Shown here: positions 17,401 through 27,052 of the stretch, piece after piece
Layout: each line of letters starts with the position of its first letter
Position numbering within the stretch: position 1 is the stretch's first letter
Virus genome (UHGV): UHGV-0114819
Origin: a virus
Direction: 5' to 3' (one strand)
Length of the DNA stretch: 52,793 nucleotides
Notes under the pieces: generated by a model
Told to the model about the DNA's origin: nothing
What the model saw: only the letters and a program-made list of their open reading frames with translations
Database searches by the model: none
Translations under genes and position numbers: made by a program

Positions 17401-19678
17401 TCCAAGTGCCGGTAGCATCTTCTTGCGTGAAGCGGTACGAATATCCTTTGGACTTCCAATAAAACAAATCTCCCTCATGCTCTTTCCTGGTTGTCTCGGT
17501 TGTCCATTCGGATGCCGGGTAATTCTGCATGGTTGGCTCATAATCGTAAAACCAGTTTTCAATCTGCCCGTCCAGACGTGCCTGTATCTGTGCAATGATA
17601 GGGTCGTAGGTCGCTGTGATAAAATCATTCAAGCCAGAATCATCTGTGTATTTGTTACGCTTTTCCCAGTCGGAAGAGGTAAAATCTCCTGTATCACGGC
17701 TTTTTACGCACGTCATAATATCAGATGTGGAACTGTCAAACCACAAATCACCGGAACTATATGGTGTAGACGGTGTATTAATGAATATCTGTGCTTTCCC
17801 GTCAATTTCATCAAATACCGCATCCGGGACAGGCATTTTTACCCACTCGCCGGATTCTGAATATCGGTACTCTTCGTTTGTGGTTGTATTCTTCCATAAA
17901 TCACCGATATGAGATGCCTTGGTTTCCTCGAAGTAGAGATACATTTCATTCCCGTCTATGTCAAGAATCGCATTTCCATCCACATCACACCAAGGTATTT
18001 CGGTGATTTCACCCCAGTTAACCGCCGGGTCGGTAGGCTGATACCATGTTTCAATCTTGTTTGTAACTTGGTCTTTCAGATTATTGATGTCTTTTGTGTA
18101 TACATTGTCAACAAACTTTTTGACAGCTATGTTTGCAATAGCTTCAAGTGTCTGTCCACCGATGGCCAATGATTTCGCACGGATATCCACACGGCCTGTT
18201 TCGGTATCTGCATAAAACGTGATATTGCCATCTTTGTCCCTGATAGTTAATGCACCGGTATTGATATAATCCGCATTTATTCCGATGGCATACAATACTT
18301 TTGCTACTAAATCACCAGTGAGAAAGAAGCCGTAAGGATAGGTCTGCCCACCGTCTGTTGATACACCTACAGCATCGGATGTAATCTTGATGACGTTTTC
18401 GGATTCACTCATTGTCGGCTTGTCATGCAGATATGTTATATAAGAGCCGTCAGACTGTTTCACCTTACTGGTGTACATTCCTTTTGCATTGGCAAGAGTG
18501 GTCTGCAAATTCTCAATAGCGGATTCCATTTCCTTGCGATTTTTATTTGCTTCTGCCTGTGCTTTGTGATACATCTCGGCAGATTCACTGTAGTATGTAC
18601 TGCTATTTGTTTCCGGGTCTTTAATACCGCAAGACAGTTCTGATTCTCCCGGATAGGAAAAATCATGTGTGGTTATCACTGTTTTGTACGCTTTGTCGTT
18701 TTGGTCTACGATAACGGCACAATCCATGATTTCTGCGGTCGGGTAAGGGAAAAATGTGCCTGAGAACGATGTCAGTGTCACACCATTCAACACACCTCCG
18801 ATTAATTCCAGTGCTTTTTCTTCTGCGCCAGTGATTAATGGATTGGTTATGGTCAATGCATAGTCATCCGTTCCGTTCAGATATTCTACATCCTCATTGT
18901 TTACACGCTTTGTAGTTCTGATTCCAGTAATTGTTACCGGGTTCATCCCTACTGTTGGATAATCCGAATATTCGGATAAAACATGGTACTTTGCGTTTTG
19001 TGTTGATAATTCCGTGTACAGAGTACCGTCTGTAACGTCCTTAAGTGGCTCAAAATCGTAACTTTTAATGCTAAGTGAACCATTCTTAATGATTGCATTT
19101 CCGACCGCTATTTGAGCAATATATCCAATGATTTTACGAGCCGTTGTCTTTTCCGGCATGCTCTGAATTTGAAAATCTTCATTTTTAAAATGAGCATCTG
19201 CAGCTGTAATTCCAACGAACGCACAGACTTCTAATAACAGGTTTCTTGTAGTTGCCGGATAGGAAAGTTGAGAAGTAAATTCTTTATTGGCTTTATACAT
19301 AGCATCATAAGCCGTGATTTCTATAACTTCTCCCGTTGCTACCGGAGAAGTGACATAAAATACGCCCTCATTTATTCTTTCCTGTGTACCATCTTCCAAG
19401 TCTGCTTCTGTGTATAATGTGATTTGTGAATAAAAAAAATCATAATCCGAAAATCTTCCGTCCTCATTGAATAAGGACAATGTGATAGTTTTGGACAGAG
19501 CGGAACCCAGCGGTAAATCATCACCGCCGGATTCCGAATATCCGTTGTCAGAAATGGAAAAATCATCCTCTGAATCTAATGTTATTTCAGTTCCGTCCGC
19601 AAACAAAACTTTTGCATAAGCATAGAACAGACCGCCTTTTTCTATAATGTTTTTGAGTTTATCACTTACGTTTTTCAT
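14477..19678 (-). CDS. large tail tip/host-specificity protein with internal repeats (1733 aa)
   Basis: follows Dit-like gene; repeated IDGKIETWY / GDLW / PPYDIGDLW / WEKA.KYTDD modules. Confidence 0.85.
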   Translation of the reverse strand: MKNVSDKLKNIIEKGGLFYAYAKVLFADGTEITLDSEDDFSISDNGYSESGGDDLPLGSALSKTITLSLFNEDGRFSDYDFFYSQITLYTEADLEDGTQERINEGVFYVTSPVATGEVIEITAYDAMYKANKEFTSQLSYPATTRNLLLEVCAFVGITAADAHFKNEDFQIQSMPEKTTARKIIGYIAQIAVGNAIIKNGSLSIKSYDFEPLKDVTDGTLYTELSTQNAKYHVLSEYSDYPTVGMNPVTITGIRTTKRVNNEDVEYLNGTDDYALTITNPLITGAEEKALELIGGVLNGVTLTSFSGTFFPYPTAEIMDCAVIVDQNDKAYKTVITTHDFSYPGESELSCGIKDPETNSSTYYSESAEMYHKAQAEANKNRKEMESAIENLQTTLANAKGMYTSKVKQSDGSYITYLHDKPTMSESENVIKITSDAVGVSTDGGQTYPYGFFLTGDLVAKVLYAIGINADYINTGALTIRDKDGNITFYADTETGRVDIRAKSLAIGGQTLEAIANIAVKKFVDNVYTKDINNLKDQVTNKIETWYQPTDPAVNWGEITEIPWCDVDGNAILDIDGNEMYLYFEETKASHIGDLWKNTTTNEEYRYSESGEWVKMPVPDAVFDEIDGKAQIFINTPSTPYSSGDLWFDSSTSDIMTCVKSRDTGDFTSSDWEKRNKYTDDSGLNDFITATYDPIIAQIQARLDGQIENWFYDYEPTMQNYPASEWTTETTRKEHEGDLFYWKSKGYSYRFTQEDATGTWKWQLIQDTDITKALAAAEKAQDTADGKRRVFVVQPAPPYDIGDLWVQGGDGDIMRCKTARSESATFSETDWEKASKYTDDTKANEVKKELDALGEDLQTQIDGKIETYNQSVNPSGAWTTDELKANHKGDLWYNPDEQKTKRWNGSAWEEMPDADAISANNLAMTKKRVFVTTPFPPYDIGDLWVGDDTSDLKRCVTAKKDGEKYSLGDWIKAVKYTDDTTVENFINITYAEDVEKIKEQLDQKIETWYQDEDPALSWTAVETTAWCDVSGNKILDVNGNEILLVIESEKAMHEGDLWHTKTGNKEYIYQSGHWVESSIPDEVFDKIDGKASIYVAQPKPPYDVGDTWFTGTDIKVCVTARASGNFDASDWEKKDNYTDDSALKSFMTGEYADTVKEIQTQIDGKAETWRQDTDPATAWITAELKAQHKGDLWYKTSEQKSYIYNGSVWDEMKTTPPDAVFDEIDGKAQIFTSQPVPPYDINDVYFTGSSILVCTTARTSGSYNSSDWKKKDGYTDDTTVNDFIKNTYSPKIEDIQTQIDGKIDTYFYDYEPTLSNVPASAWTTDELKTVHNGDLFFWKTKGYTYRFLKIDSVWQWFRIKDSQIDKAMNDASNAQDTADSKRRVFVTTPAPPYDIGDLWTQGKNGDLMRCKVAKASGAFVTTDWEKAVKYTDDSAVDELDEALTQENIFNRLTNNGQVQGLFLKDGKIYLNFSYAEGGTLKLGGKANEQGTLEVYHSAGWKSLSVDNKGLKTYGGQPIISYIDGVDSSGEYEKYVKLQGGVSVFTNRTNGQGVAIDPDYIGMWDDTGTQVADFQTKYSWWIHKDLSITGDFSVTGKKSRAVNTKSYSKRLLNAYETPAPMFGDVGEGTIGYDGKCYISIDPIFLETIASGCKYQVFLQKNGKGDVWVSERHETYFVVEGTESLNFSWEIKARQKDYEYDRIDVYNENVEERDIDYAYIGEMEYQNYVDTMQAEV

Positions 19679-19683
19679 CTTCT

Positions 19684-19728
19684 ACCCCTAACTTATTAAG
19701 GTCAGCGACTATCTCTTTCGATAGCCGG
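19684..19728 (-). promoter_or_regulatory. two-hairpin RNA motif, copy upstream of tail tip gene
   Basis: CCGGCTATCGAAAGAGATAGTCGCTGACCTTAATAAGTTAGGGGT. Confidence 0.7.
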
Positions 19729-19734
19729 AATTAT

Positions 19735-20121
19735 TTATATAACCAGTGGATTAATACAGGTAACTTGGAAACTCAATTCGTTATACCTTTCTTCTCCCTC
19801 ATTGAGCCGGATAACCGGAAGATTGAAGTTCGAAGCATAGAATTTTCCATTTTCCCACCTAGCTTTGTATGCATTGAAATGGAAAAAGTCAAATTCATCT
19901 TTATTTACGATTTGTGCCAGTATGCTAGATGCTTTTTTTGCACTGATATCCGTCCATTTCACATTGTATGATTCCACTGTGAACATGACTTTATTCTTCA
20001 TTTTCCCCCTTGGGGTTCTCCCGGACTTTGCAGTAGAGGTTGTAGCAAGTTGTACTGTATATCCATCTTCGTCAACGTCCGGGGCGGTGTATGTTCCGAA
20101 TCTTAAATGCTCCTGTGCCAT
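19735..20121 (-). CDS. distal tail (Dit-like) protein
   Basis: immediately after tape measure; SGRT..GKM, F.VESYNVKW motifs. Confidence 0.65.
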   Translation of the reverse strand: MAQEHLRFGTYTAPDVDEDGYTVQLATTSTAKSGRTPRGKMKNKVMFTVESYNVKWTDISAKKASSILAQIVNKDEFDFFHFNAYKARWENGKFYASNFNLPVIRLNEGEERYNELSFQVTCINPLVI

Positions 20122-20132
20122 ATCATCACCCC

Positions 20133-23126
20133 CTACGCCATCTCAAACGGATTCATACCCGTCTGTGACATTACTACTTTTCCCTCTTCTACCACTGCTT
20201 TATATATCTGCTTTCCTTTCAGGTATACCGGGATTTCAATGCGTTGTTTCTGTCCACTGCCGGATTCTTCCCTTACGATCTGCCGGATCAAGTTTTCCGG
20301 TGCTTCGATGTTGTTTCCGTTCTTCTGGTCACCGAGTACCGCCATGAACTCTTTGTTTGGTGGAATTACTGCACCTTTCGCAAGATATGGGATGTAGTTC
20401 GGACTCCAATATCCGATATTAAATCCAACAGAACTCCAACCTGTAAACTCCTGCAACCATTTTGGCAACCGAATATTCATGTGGTTCATAGCACTTGCAA
20501 ATCCGTTCTGCATCCTCTGGAATCCACGTAACATAGCGTTCATAAAGCTGATGATTAGATTTACTGAACTTTTTACAGCTGCTACCATTGCGTTCCAAAT
20601 TCCGGTGAATATATTCTTAATACCATTCCACGCTCTTCGCCAATCTCCGTAAAAAACACCGTTAAAAAAATCTATGACTCCGTGAAAGATTTGCTTAATT
20701 CCTTTGACAAAATTACTAATATCTTTTGCAAATCCCTCCATGTACATGCCTATAATTCCAAATGCCTTAACCCAGTCACTTTTGAACGCACCGGTAAGGA
20801 AAGTGATAATTTTCCCAAGCGCTTTTAAAATTCCGGCTGATACTTGCGCTACAATTCCTACTAGATTTAGCGCCATGTTTATTATTCCACCGACTATCGG
20901 GGCGAGAATCGGGAGTATATTTTCTACAATCCATTCAATTAATGGTACAAGCACCTTGTCCCATAAAAGTTTCAGTAAATCAATAACTTGTCCAAGTACA
21001 TTAAGTAACTGATTTATCGCATCTTTAACCGAGCCATTCAAAACTTCATCAACCTTTTGTGCCAATACATCCAAAATCGGAGCTACATACTCGTTATACG
21101 TATCAAGTATGGTTTCTACGATTTCAGTAAGTCCATTGCCTATCTCTTGCAAAAATGGATGTATATGCTGATCGTAAAGTTCGGTAAGTTTGTCGGCTAC
21201 ACCCTGTAAAAATGTCTCTATTGACTGTGCAACTTCTTCTATCGGTTCAAGCGTGCTGTTTATTGCTTCGATGAACTTTTCTTTGTTTTCGATGAATGGC
21301 TTAGTCAATGCATCCAAAATGTCACGTCCAAGAGCTGATGCAAGTAATACAACTTCGCCAAATGCTGTCATGAAAATGCCAAGGATATCACCTGTAAGGT
21401 CTTGCGCTGTCTGAGTTCCAAATGTTTGTTGAAAGATATAAGCTACCGCTTCGCATAAATTCCCGATGATATCATTAATGCCTGTCCAAATGTCAAACAT
21501 TTCTATCAACCATTTTTTGATTCTTCCGGTATTTTCCGACAGGTAACTTTCAATGCCACCTACAATATTCACCGCAATGGTAAGTCCGACTGAAGCAAAC
21601 GAGCCTACTACTCTTCCAAGATTGTAAACGAATGACTTTGCAAATCTCTGTGCTGCTGCCTGTACATTTTCATCTGTAAAAATGTCTTTCAAATGATTCC
21701 CGATCGATGTTAAGTCGTTCTGTAATTCTTTCAACATTGGCTTATAATCACCAAGTCCATCCCAAAAGCCACTCATGAATATATCTCTGATATGTTTGAG
21801 CTTGTCCAAGATATCATCCATGAGACTGGAAAATCCGTTGCTGATAGCCACTTCTTCAAACATCGGTGACGTTCCACTACCACCGCCAGTATTCGGTGTG
21901 CTACTTGATGGATTTTTAGAACCGGAATTGTTTTTATCCTGTTGTTCCGTGTATCGGTTTAAATCATCCAACGGTGAAAGATAGTCCTCTGTAGCGTCAG
22001 TTGCGTCCTCTGTAGCGTCTGCAACATCTTTTGTACTGTCTGCATCTTTTTTTGCGCTGGATGCCGTCTTGTCTAAACTCTTTGCATAGTTTTTTTGCAC
22101 CGCTATAGCTTTCGTATATGTTTTCTTACCGCTCAGGAAAGCAAAGAACATACTTACATAGCTTGCAGCTGTCGATATCATGTCGATAAATTTAGACAGT
22201 ATCGGTGCCACTATGGAAAGTATCGGGGCAAATGCTGTTGCAAGTGAGTTTTGTAAGCGCACCAAGCTGCTCCACAGCATCGACAAGCTGTTATTCGTAT
22301 CACTTGAAAACTGAGACAGGTTGTCAAATCCCCCTTTGATTCCGCTCATCACAGCCGAAAACGCACGGAAAGCAACACTCATAAGCAAGGACATACCAAG
22401 CATACGGCCAAGGCTCATTCTTGCACCACCGGCAGATTTTGAAACACCTTTTATGGATTTTGATGCCCGCTTGCCGGACGAACTCATTTTATCGTTCGCA
22501 TCTGAAGCTTTAAGCGTTTTGGACTTATATTCGTCTACAGTTCCTTTTATGGATTTGTAAGACGTATTTAACCGATCATTGATATTTGCGAGTTTGTCTT
22601 CTGCTGCTGCAAGCTTTTCCATATCGGATTTCGGCAGTTCCGTATTTTCAATGGTTTTAAATGCTTTACCGCTTTTCTCCAAATCAGATAATTTTTCTTT
22701 AGTATTCTTGATTGAATCTTCCAATTCATCCACATACCGCTGTTGATCTCTAAAAATATTGGAATTAACATCTCCACCATTAGATTTAAACCACTCCTGT
22801 GCCTTTATAAGCTCATTCATTTTTTCTGTAGTGGTCTCTATCTTTTCCTGTAAAGTCTTATATTCCTCTGTCGGAATCTTCTGGTTGCCATATTCAGCTA
22901 CTTTTCTTTTTAATTCTTCTACTTTTTCGGATTGCCTAGCATATTCCCGGCTAAGTTTTGAGAACGAATCAATCTGCTTCTCTATTGATGCTTTGGTTTT
23001 GGCACTAACTCCATTCAGTTCATTCGCCATTTTTCTCAGTGATGATTCTATCTCTCTGCCACCGGCACTCATACCATCCGAGTTGATTTCGGTATCAATA
23101 ATAATGCTACCGTCTGCCTGTGCCAT
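20133..23126 (-). CDS. tail tape measure protein
   Basis: 997 aa; ADGSIIIDT start, coiled-coil, Trp/Phe-periodic repeats, IPYLAKGAVIPPN end. Confidence 0.9.
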   Translation of the reverse strand: MAQADGSIIIDTEINSDGMSAGGREIESSLRKMANELNGVSAKTKASIEKQIDSFSKLSREYARQSEKVEELKRKVAEYGNQKIPTEEYKTLQEKIETTTEKMNELIKAQEWFKSNGGDVNSNIFRDQQRYVDELEDSIKNTKEKLSDLEKSGKAFKTIENTELPKSDMEKLAAAEDKLANINDRLNTSYKSIKGTVDEYKSKTLKASDANDKMSSSGKRASKSIKGVSKSAGGARMSLGRMLGMSLLMSVAFRAFSAVMSGIKGGFDNLSQFSSDTNNSLSMLWSSLVRLQNSLATAFAPILSIVAPILSKFIDMISTAASYVSMFFAFLSGKKTYTKAIAVQKNYAKSLDKTASSAKKDADSTKDVADATEDATDATEDYLSPLDDLNRYTEQQDKNNSGSKNPSSSTPNTGGGSGTSPMFEEVAISNGFSSLMDDILDKLKHIRDIFMSGFWDGLGDYKPMLKELQNDLTSIGNHLKDIFTDENVQAAAQRFAKSFVYNLGRVVGSFASVGLTIAVNIVGGIESYLSENTGRIKKWLIEMFDIWTGINDIIGNLCEAVAYIFQQTFGTQTAQDLTGDILGIFMTAFGEVVLLASALGRDILDALTKPFIENKEKFIEAINSTLEPIEEVAQSIETFLQGVADKLTELYDQHIHPFLQEIGNGLTEIVETILDTYNEYVAPILDVLAQKVDEVLNGSVKDAINQLLNVLGQVIDLLKLLWDKVLVPLIEWIVENILPILAPIVGGIINMALNLVGIVAQVSAGILKALGKIITFLTGAFKSDWVKAFGIIGMYMEGFAKDISNFVKGIKQIFHGVIDFFNGVFYGDWRRAWNGIKNIFTGIWNAMVAAVKSSVNLIISFMNAMLRGFQRMQNGFASAMNHMNIRLPKWLQEFTGWSSVGFNIGYWSPNYIPYLAKGAVIPPNKEFMAVLGDQKNGNNIEAPENLIRQIVREESGSGQKQRIEIPVYLKGKQIYKAVVEEGKVVMSQTGMNPFEMA

Positions 23127-23140
23127 AGCAATTCCTTTCT

Positions 23141-23186
23141 ACCGTTAATTCTTTACGGTCAGCGAGCATCTACGATTGATGCCCGG
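23141..23186 (-). promoter_or_regulatory. two-hairpin RNA motif, copy upstream of tape measure gene
   Basis: CCGGGCATCAATCGTAGATGCTCGCTGACCGTAAAGAATTAACGGT. Confidence 0.7.
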
Positions 23187-23789
23187 TTATTTCTTCTTGA
23201 ACCCGAAAAGTTCTCTTAATTCTTCCTTTTCGGCTTCGCTACGTTCCTGTGTTTTGGTCTTTAGATCAACCATGTTTTTGTGTTCTTTATAATAATCCTC
23301 TTCCCACTTTTCCAGTTTTTTTCCTCTTCTTTTTTTGTCCCTTATGCCGACGATAGTGGAAAATGTGCTTTCCCCGACTTCCATGTATGCACCAAGGAAT
23401 GTCCACCAATGCATATATTCTTCCGAACGCACATCCTTTCCTATGGTCTTGTTAATGGCCGGGATTACAACAGGAGCATCTTTTTCCCAATCCATCAACT
23501 GTGGTCTTGGCTTTTTGCTGTCTTCTTTGAATCCGCAATCTATGAATTCCCCGCCTTTCTTCATGGCTTCTTCATAGTCTCTCGGGTTCATACTGTCGAA
23601 ATCAATATACAGAATTTGCAGTAACGTAAGCGCACGCTCTTGATTCTTTTCTTCTTCCGTCATATCTGGTTCAAATATCTCCGGGTCGTTCATAGCAGAA
23701 AGAATATCCAATATCACACGAAAATCTGTGCGTATCCGATATTCTTTGCCATTAACATCTAAGGAAGTGGGAAGTTTCCACGCATACAT
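23187..23789 (-). CDS. Gp15-family tail assembly chaperone
   Basis: LPTSL.VNG..Y.IRTDFR.IL...MDWEKDA...YMHWWTFLG. Confidence 0.8.
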   Translation of the reverse strand: MYAWKLPTSLDVNGKEYRIRTDFRVILDILSAMNDPEIFEPDMTEEEKNQERALTLLQILYIDFDSMNPRDYEEAMKKGGEFIDCGFKEDSKKPRPQLMDWEKDAPVVIPAINKTIGKDVRSEEYMHWWTFLGAYMEVGESTFSTIVGIRDKKRRGKKLEKWEEDYYKEHKNMVDLKTKTQERSEAEKEELRELFGFKKK

Positions 23790-24220
23790 TAGTTATGGTA
23801 CTTTGCCACATATTTGTTCATGCGACGTTGTACCTTTTTTGATCTGTGGTGAAATTCTTTTTCAATTACTTTTGCAACTGCATTGAGAACATTTTCTACA
23901 TACAGTTCCCCGTTTTCCAATGCCGAAAACGCCCCAAGAATCTTGAAAAAGGATTCTTCCGCATCTGCATTGATGAGATATGATATCTTTTCCACAATCT
24001 CTTTTTCTGCTTTTGATACTCCGTCTTCACCATCAGGAATTTTGTAAGTGTTGAAAAATTCAATCACTTCATCCAGTCGGTTTACAATATTTGTATCTGA
24101 TGGACGAAACTCAAACACACCAAGTTTTTTTCCTTTTTTGTTCTCGATAGTATAGGACTTTGAACCATCATCAATGATGATTTTGTTTTCATTGGACGGC
24201 TTAATCAATTTATTGCTCAT
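23789..24220 (-). CDS. tail assembly chaperone
   Basis: between tail tube and Gp15-like gene. Confidence 0.65.
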   Translation of the reverse strand: MSNKLIKPSNENKIIIDDGSKSYTIENKKGKKLGVFEFRPSDTNIVNRLDEVIEFFNTYKIPDGEDGVSKAEKEIVEKISYLINADAEESFFKILGAFSALENGELYVENVLNAVAKVIEKEFHHRSKKVQRRMNKYVAKYHN

Positions 24221-24240
24221 AAGATGCACCTCTTTCAGAA

Positions 24241-24771
24241 TTAATCAGCCAGTGAATTTACGCTTGACGGTATCGTACCAGCCGTAAACTTCGGGTTTCC
24301 TGTTTTAAGTGATTCAGCTGTTACATAGCCTTTTGTTCTATCACCATCAAACGAGATGTTAAATGGGATATTCACTCCGGCTGTGTCACCACCGTAGCTC
24401 TGAGGTTTTACGAGTACTTCCTGTACATAGGCAAGATGATTCGTTGCGCTTGTGTCTTCCACGATCACTTCAAGCATCAGTGTTTTGCAAGCATCACCTT
24501 TTAACTGGTCAAGCGCAATGTCTCTGATGTGTGGATATAATTTTGAATCCGGATCCGCATAGAACGGGTCTGCACTAATGGACGGCTCATACCCGTTGTC
24601 TGTTGTTTTTGTCTTGCCGAGAATCGTTTTCTTGGTTGATGTATCCGGGTTGAGTTCGACAGACATTTCTTCGATGTCTTCTCCGATAACTTCAAACTCT
24701 GCGGATTCTAAGACTTTTTTGAATGTGGTGTCTAAATAGTGCGCTAATGCTTCACGATTTAACTGTCCCAT
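24241..24771 (-). CDS. major tail (tube) protein
   Basis: IGEDIEEMSVELNPD...SYGGDTAGVNIPFNI.FDGDRTKG; ATG at 24771 after GAAAGGA. Confidence 0.8.
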   Translation of the reverse strand: MGQLNREALAHYLDTTFKKVLESAEFEVIGEDIEEMSVELNPDTSTKKTILGKTKTTDNGYEPSISADPFYADPDSKLYPHIRDIALDQLKGDACKTLMLEVIVEDTSATNHLAYVQEVLVKPQSYGGDTAGVNIPFNISFDGDRTKGYVTAESLKTGNPKFTAGTIPSSVNSLAD

Positions 24772-24787
24772 ATTATCTTTCCTTTCT

Positions 24788-24833
24788 ACCGTTAATTTTT
24801 TACGGTCAGCGAGCATTTCTTATTGATGCCCGG
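24788..24833 (-). promoter_or_regulatory. two-hairpin RNA motif, copy upstream of tail tube gene
   Basis: CCGGGCATCAATAAGAAATGCTCGCTGACCGTAAAAAATTAACGGT. Confidence 0.7.
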
Positions 24834-25352
24834 TTAATTAGTTCTTCTGAATATATTCCTGTATTTGAGAGACATACTAATCACCCAGTCTTGCACGTTG
24901 TTTTCATAGGTTTTGTCAAGATATGATGGTGTGATTCGTGTAATCTCTTCTATTTTTCGTTCCTCTGTAAGTGTTGGGTAAGATGTAAGCCTATGATTTT
25001 TGCCATCAATCACAACTGTTTGTCGTTCCAACCATTTACCTACACTATCAAGAAATTCCTTGATATCCGCTTTCATATTCGGAGAATCACGGGATGTCCT
25101 GTACACGATATAAAAGGGGTAGTTGCAAAGTTGATTCACCTTACCTGTTACCGATTTTTTCTCCTGTGCAATCACCGCACCGGATACCGGATAGAATGCT
25201 ATTCCATCATCTTCTTTCAGAGTGGAGAATTTAAACACTTCTCCGGTTTCCAATCCAGGATACTGATTCAGCAAATCTTTAAGTGCATTTGTTACAATGT
25301 CGTATCCGTCAACATCGTATTTCACTGTTTTTTTACTATCCACCGCCTGCAC
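24834..25352 (-). CDS. tail terminator/neck protein
   Basis: synteny just upstream of tail tube. Confidence 0.6.
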   Translation of the reverse strand: MQAVDSKKTVKYDVDGYDIVTNALKDLLNQYPGLETGEVFKFSTLKEDDGIAFYPVSGAVIAQEKKSVTGKVNQLCNYPFYIVYRTSRDSPNMKADIKEFLDSVGKWLERQTVVIDGKNHRLTSYPTLTEERKIEEITRITPSYLDKTYENNVQDWVISMSLKYRNIFRRTN

Positions 25353-25794
25353 GTTTTTTCACTCCTTTTACCCATGTATCACAAAATTCATCTTTGGCAG
25401 AATCAAACCAGTGATCTGTCGCAAAAGGGTTTGGCTCTTTCGAAAACTGAATGTCACGGTCTGTCACTACTTTTTTTGCTTTTGGCCTTGCCCACGGCGA
25501 ACCAGTTTCCGGATCCACCATAACTTTTCCCCTGTACAAAAATCTTGCGTAAGGACCATATCCGGCATAAACTTTTCCACTACCTTTCAATGCTTCGTTC
25601 TGCGTATTGGTTGTATCAATCAGCATCCCGTCTCTTTGTGGAATATATTTTTTTGCGCCTGTCCATACCTGTTCATCTAACCAAAGTTGAGCATTTTGGA
25701 ATTGTTTTTCGAATCGGTTAAGGTTCACATTCACTTTGATGTCAGCTTCAACTATCGAGATGTTCGGAAAATGGAACATTCTGCTACGTGCCAT
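25336..25794 (-). CDS. minor capsid/neck protein (A118 Minor_capsid_2-like)
   Basis: YIPQRDGML...PYARFLY.GKVMV...HWFDSAK. Confidence 0.7.
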   Translation of the reverse strand: MARSRMFHFPNISIVEADIKVNVNLNRFEKQFQNAQLWLDEQVWTGAKKYIPQRDGMLIDTTNTQNEALKGSGKVYAGYGPYARFLYRGKVMVDPETGSPWARPKAKKVVTDRDIQFSKEPNPFATDHWFDSAKDEFCDTWVKGVKKRAGGG

Positions 25795-26256
25795 TTACTT
25801 TCCCCCTATCTCAAAATGTGGGATAAGTGTGTATCTTCCGACATTGGTGATTAAGAATACATTGTCGTGACTTTTGTTCATATAATCATAAAAGCCACCG
25901 TCTCTCCGGCTCTGATAGTCTTCGTCTGCTATCATCTTTTCATCATGTTCGCCCTCAATGAAAAAGTCACCGCTTGCAAACGTGACGGTATGTCCAAGTG
26001 TATCGTTAATTTGTTTCGCCCATTTTTTAGGCTCAAGATACTTTTTGCCAGCTACTACTTTTTCATCGGACGCCATGCGATACAGAACATGGAGCGTTGC
26101 CGTGTCAGCCGTATCAAGTCCTGTCTTTTCGATGTTTGCGGATTTATCAACAATGAGTTGAACACCTTTAATTACGGTCGGATACCAAAATATTTCGTCC
26201 TTTTGATTCACATATTTGTTGAATACAGTTATGGTTTTGTCATACATTGGTATCAC
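25795..26256 (-). CDS. head closure/neck protein
   Basis: MYDKTITVFN...IPHFEIGGK; synteny. Confidence 0.65.
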   Translation of the reverse strand: MIPMYDKTITVFNKYVNQKDEIFWYPTVIKGVQLIVDKSANIEKTGLDTADTATLHVLYRMASDEKVVAGKKYLEPKKWAKQINDTLGHTVTFASGDFFIEGEHDEKMIADEDYQSRRDGGFYDYMNKSHDNVFLITNVGRYTLIPHFEIGGK

Positions 26257-26262
26257 CTCTCG

Positions 26263-26403
26263 TTAATAAAACTTCTTACCGCATTTTTCGCACTTCCATA
26301 TGTGCCTTGTTTCTTTTATCCCGTTTCCGATATCTTCCAGATACGTTCCGTCATGGATTTTCTTTTTATGTTTGCAAAATAATTTATTGATGATTCTTAA
26401 CAC
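26263..26403 (-). CDS. small Zn-ribbon protein inserted in neck module
   Basis: GTG after GAGGAAAG; LFCKH...CEKCGK. Confidence 0.55.
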   Translation of the reverse strand: MLRIINKLFCKHKKKIHDGTYLEDIGNGIKETRHIWKCEKCGKKFY

Positions 26404-26410
26404 GCTTTCC

Positions 26411-26884
26411 TCACAATCCGGCATACAAAAGGCAAATTCCCTTGTCGTTGGTTGCTCCGGCAAGATACTCTGTAGCAACGTTTAGCAACAAGGCATTTTC
26501 CACTTTTTTATCCATAGATGCCTGAGCATACGCATTGCTACTTATATTACTTCCGGTAGCATAGGAGATGCTTTCATTACCCGATGAAACAGAAGAGACG
26601 GCCTTGTTAACGACCGTCCCATCTTCTTTCTGTATAGTTCCTACGGTATCCATAGAAGCTTTTTTAATCTGATCAATTTGATACATGGTATCAGCAACCG
26701 CACAGACAGCCTTTTGTACTTTCGTTTTAACTCGCTCATTATCTGGAAGTCCGTCTACAAGGCGGTCGAAAGTATATTGGTCTATGCGGTCACTGGCACG
26801 CTCTGCATACTTAAGGAAGTCACTTTCCGGCACAGTATCACCATAGAATTTGCTTTTGTAAAATTCATAATCTGTGTATGCCAT
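26411..26884 (-). CDS. head-tail adaptor
   Basis: MAYTDYEFY..FYG...AS..ID..TFDR...VSSVSSGNESISY...LLYAGL. Confidence 0.75.
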   Translation of the reverse strand: MAYTDYEFYKSKFYGDTVPESDFLKYAERASDRIDQYTFDRLVDGLPDNERVKTKVQKAVCAVADTMYQIDQIKKASMDTVGTIQKEDGTVVNKAVSSVSSGNESISYATGSNISSNAYAQASMDKKVENALLLNVATEYLAGATNDKGICLLYAGL

Positions 26885-26897
26885 AATGTTCCTCCTG

Positions 26898-27050
26898 CTA
26901 CTTCTGATCTTCTTTTGCAGTAGATTTTCTGCCTTTGTTCCCGCCTTTGATCTCTTTGTATTTATCTGGGTTATTCTCCATCAACTGAGCACTCATTTCA
27001 TGCTCAGTTGATAAGGTTCTGCCCGTTTCCAAGTCTTCAAACTGTCTCAT
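26898..27050 (-). CDS. small head-associated protein (50 aa)
   Basis: MRQFEDLETGRTLSTEHEMS...; directly after major capsid. Confidence 0.55.
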   Translation of the reverse strand: MRQFEDLETGRTLSTEHEMSAQLMENNPDKYKEIKGGNKGRKSTAKEDQK

Positions 27051-27052
27051 AC

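Noticed and set aside
13461..19678. Diversity-generating retroelement acting on tail genes
   Set aside because: No reverse transcriptase ORF and no TR/VR pair with adenine-specific differences seen.
23187..24229. Lambda G/GT-type programmed frameshift in tail chaperones
   Set aside because: The second gene has its own ATG coupled to the first stop (TAATG), and no convincing slippery site is seen at the junction.
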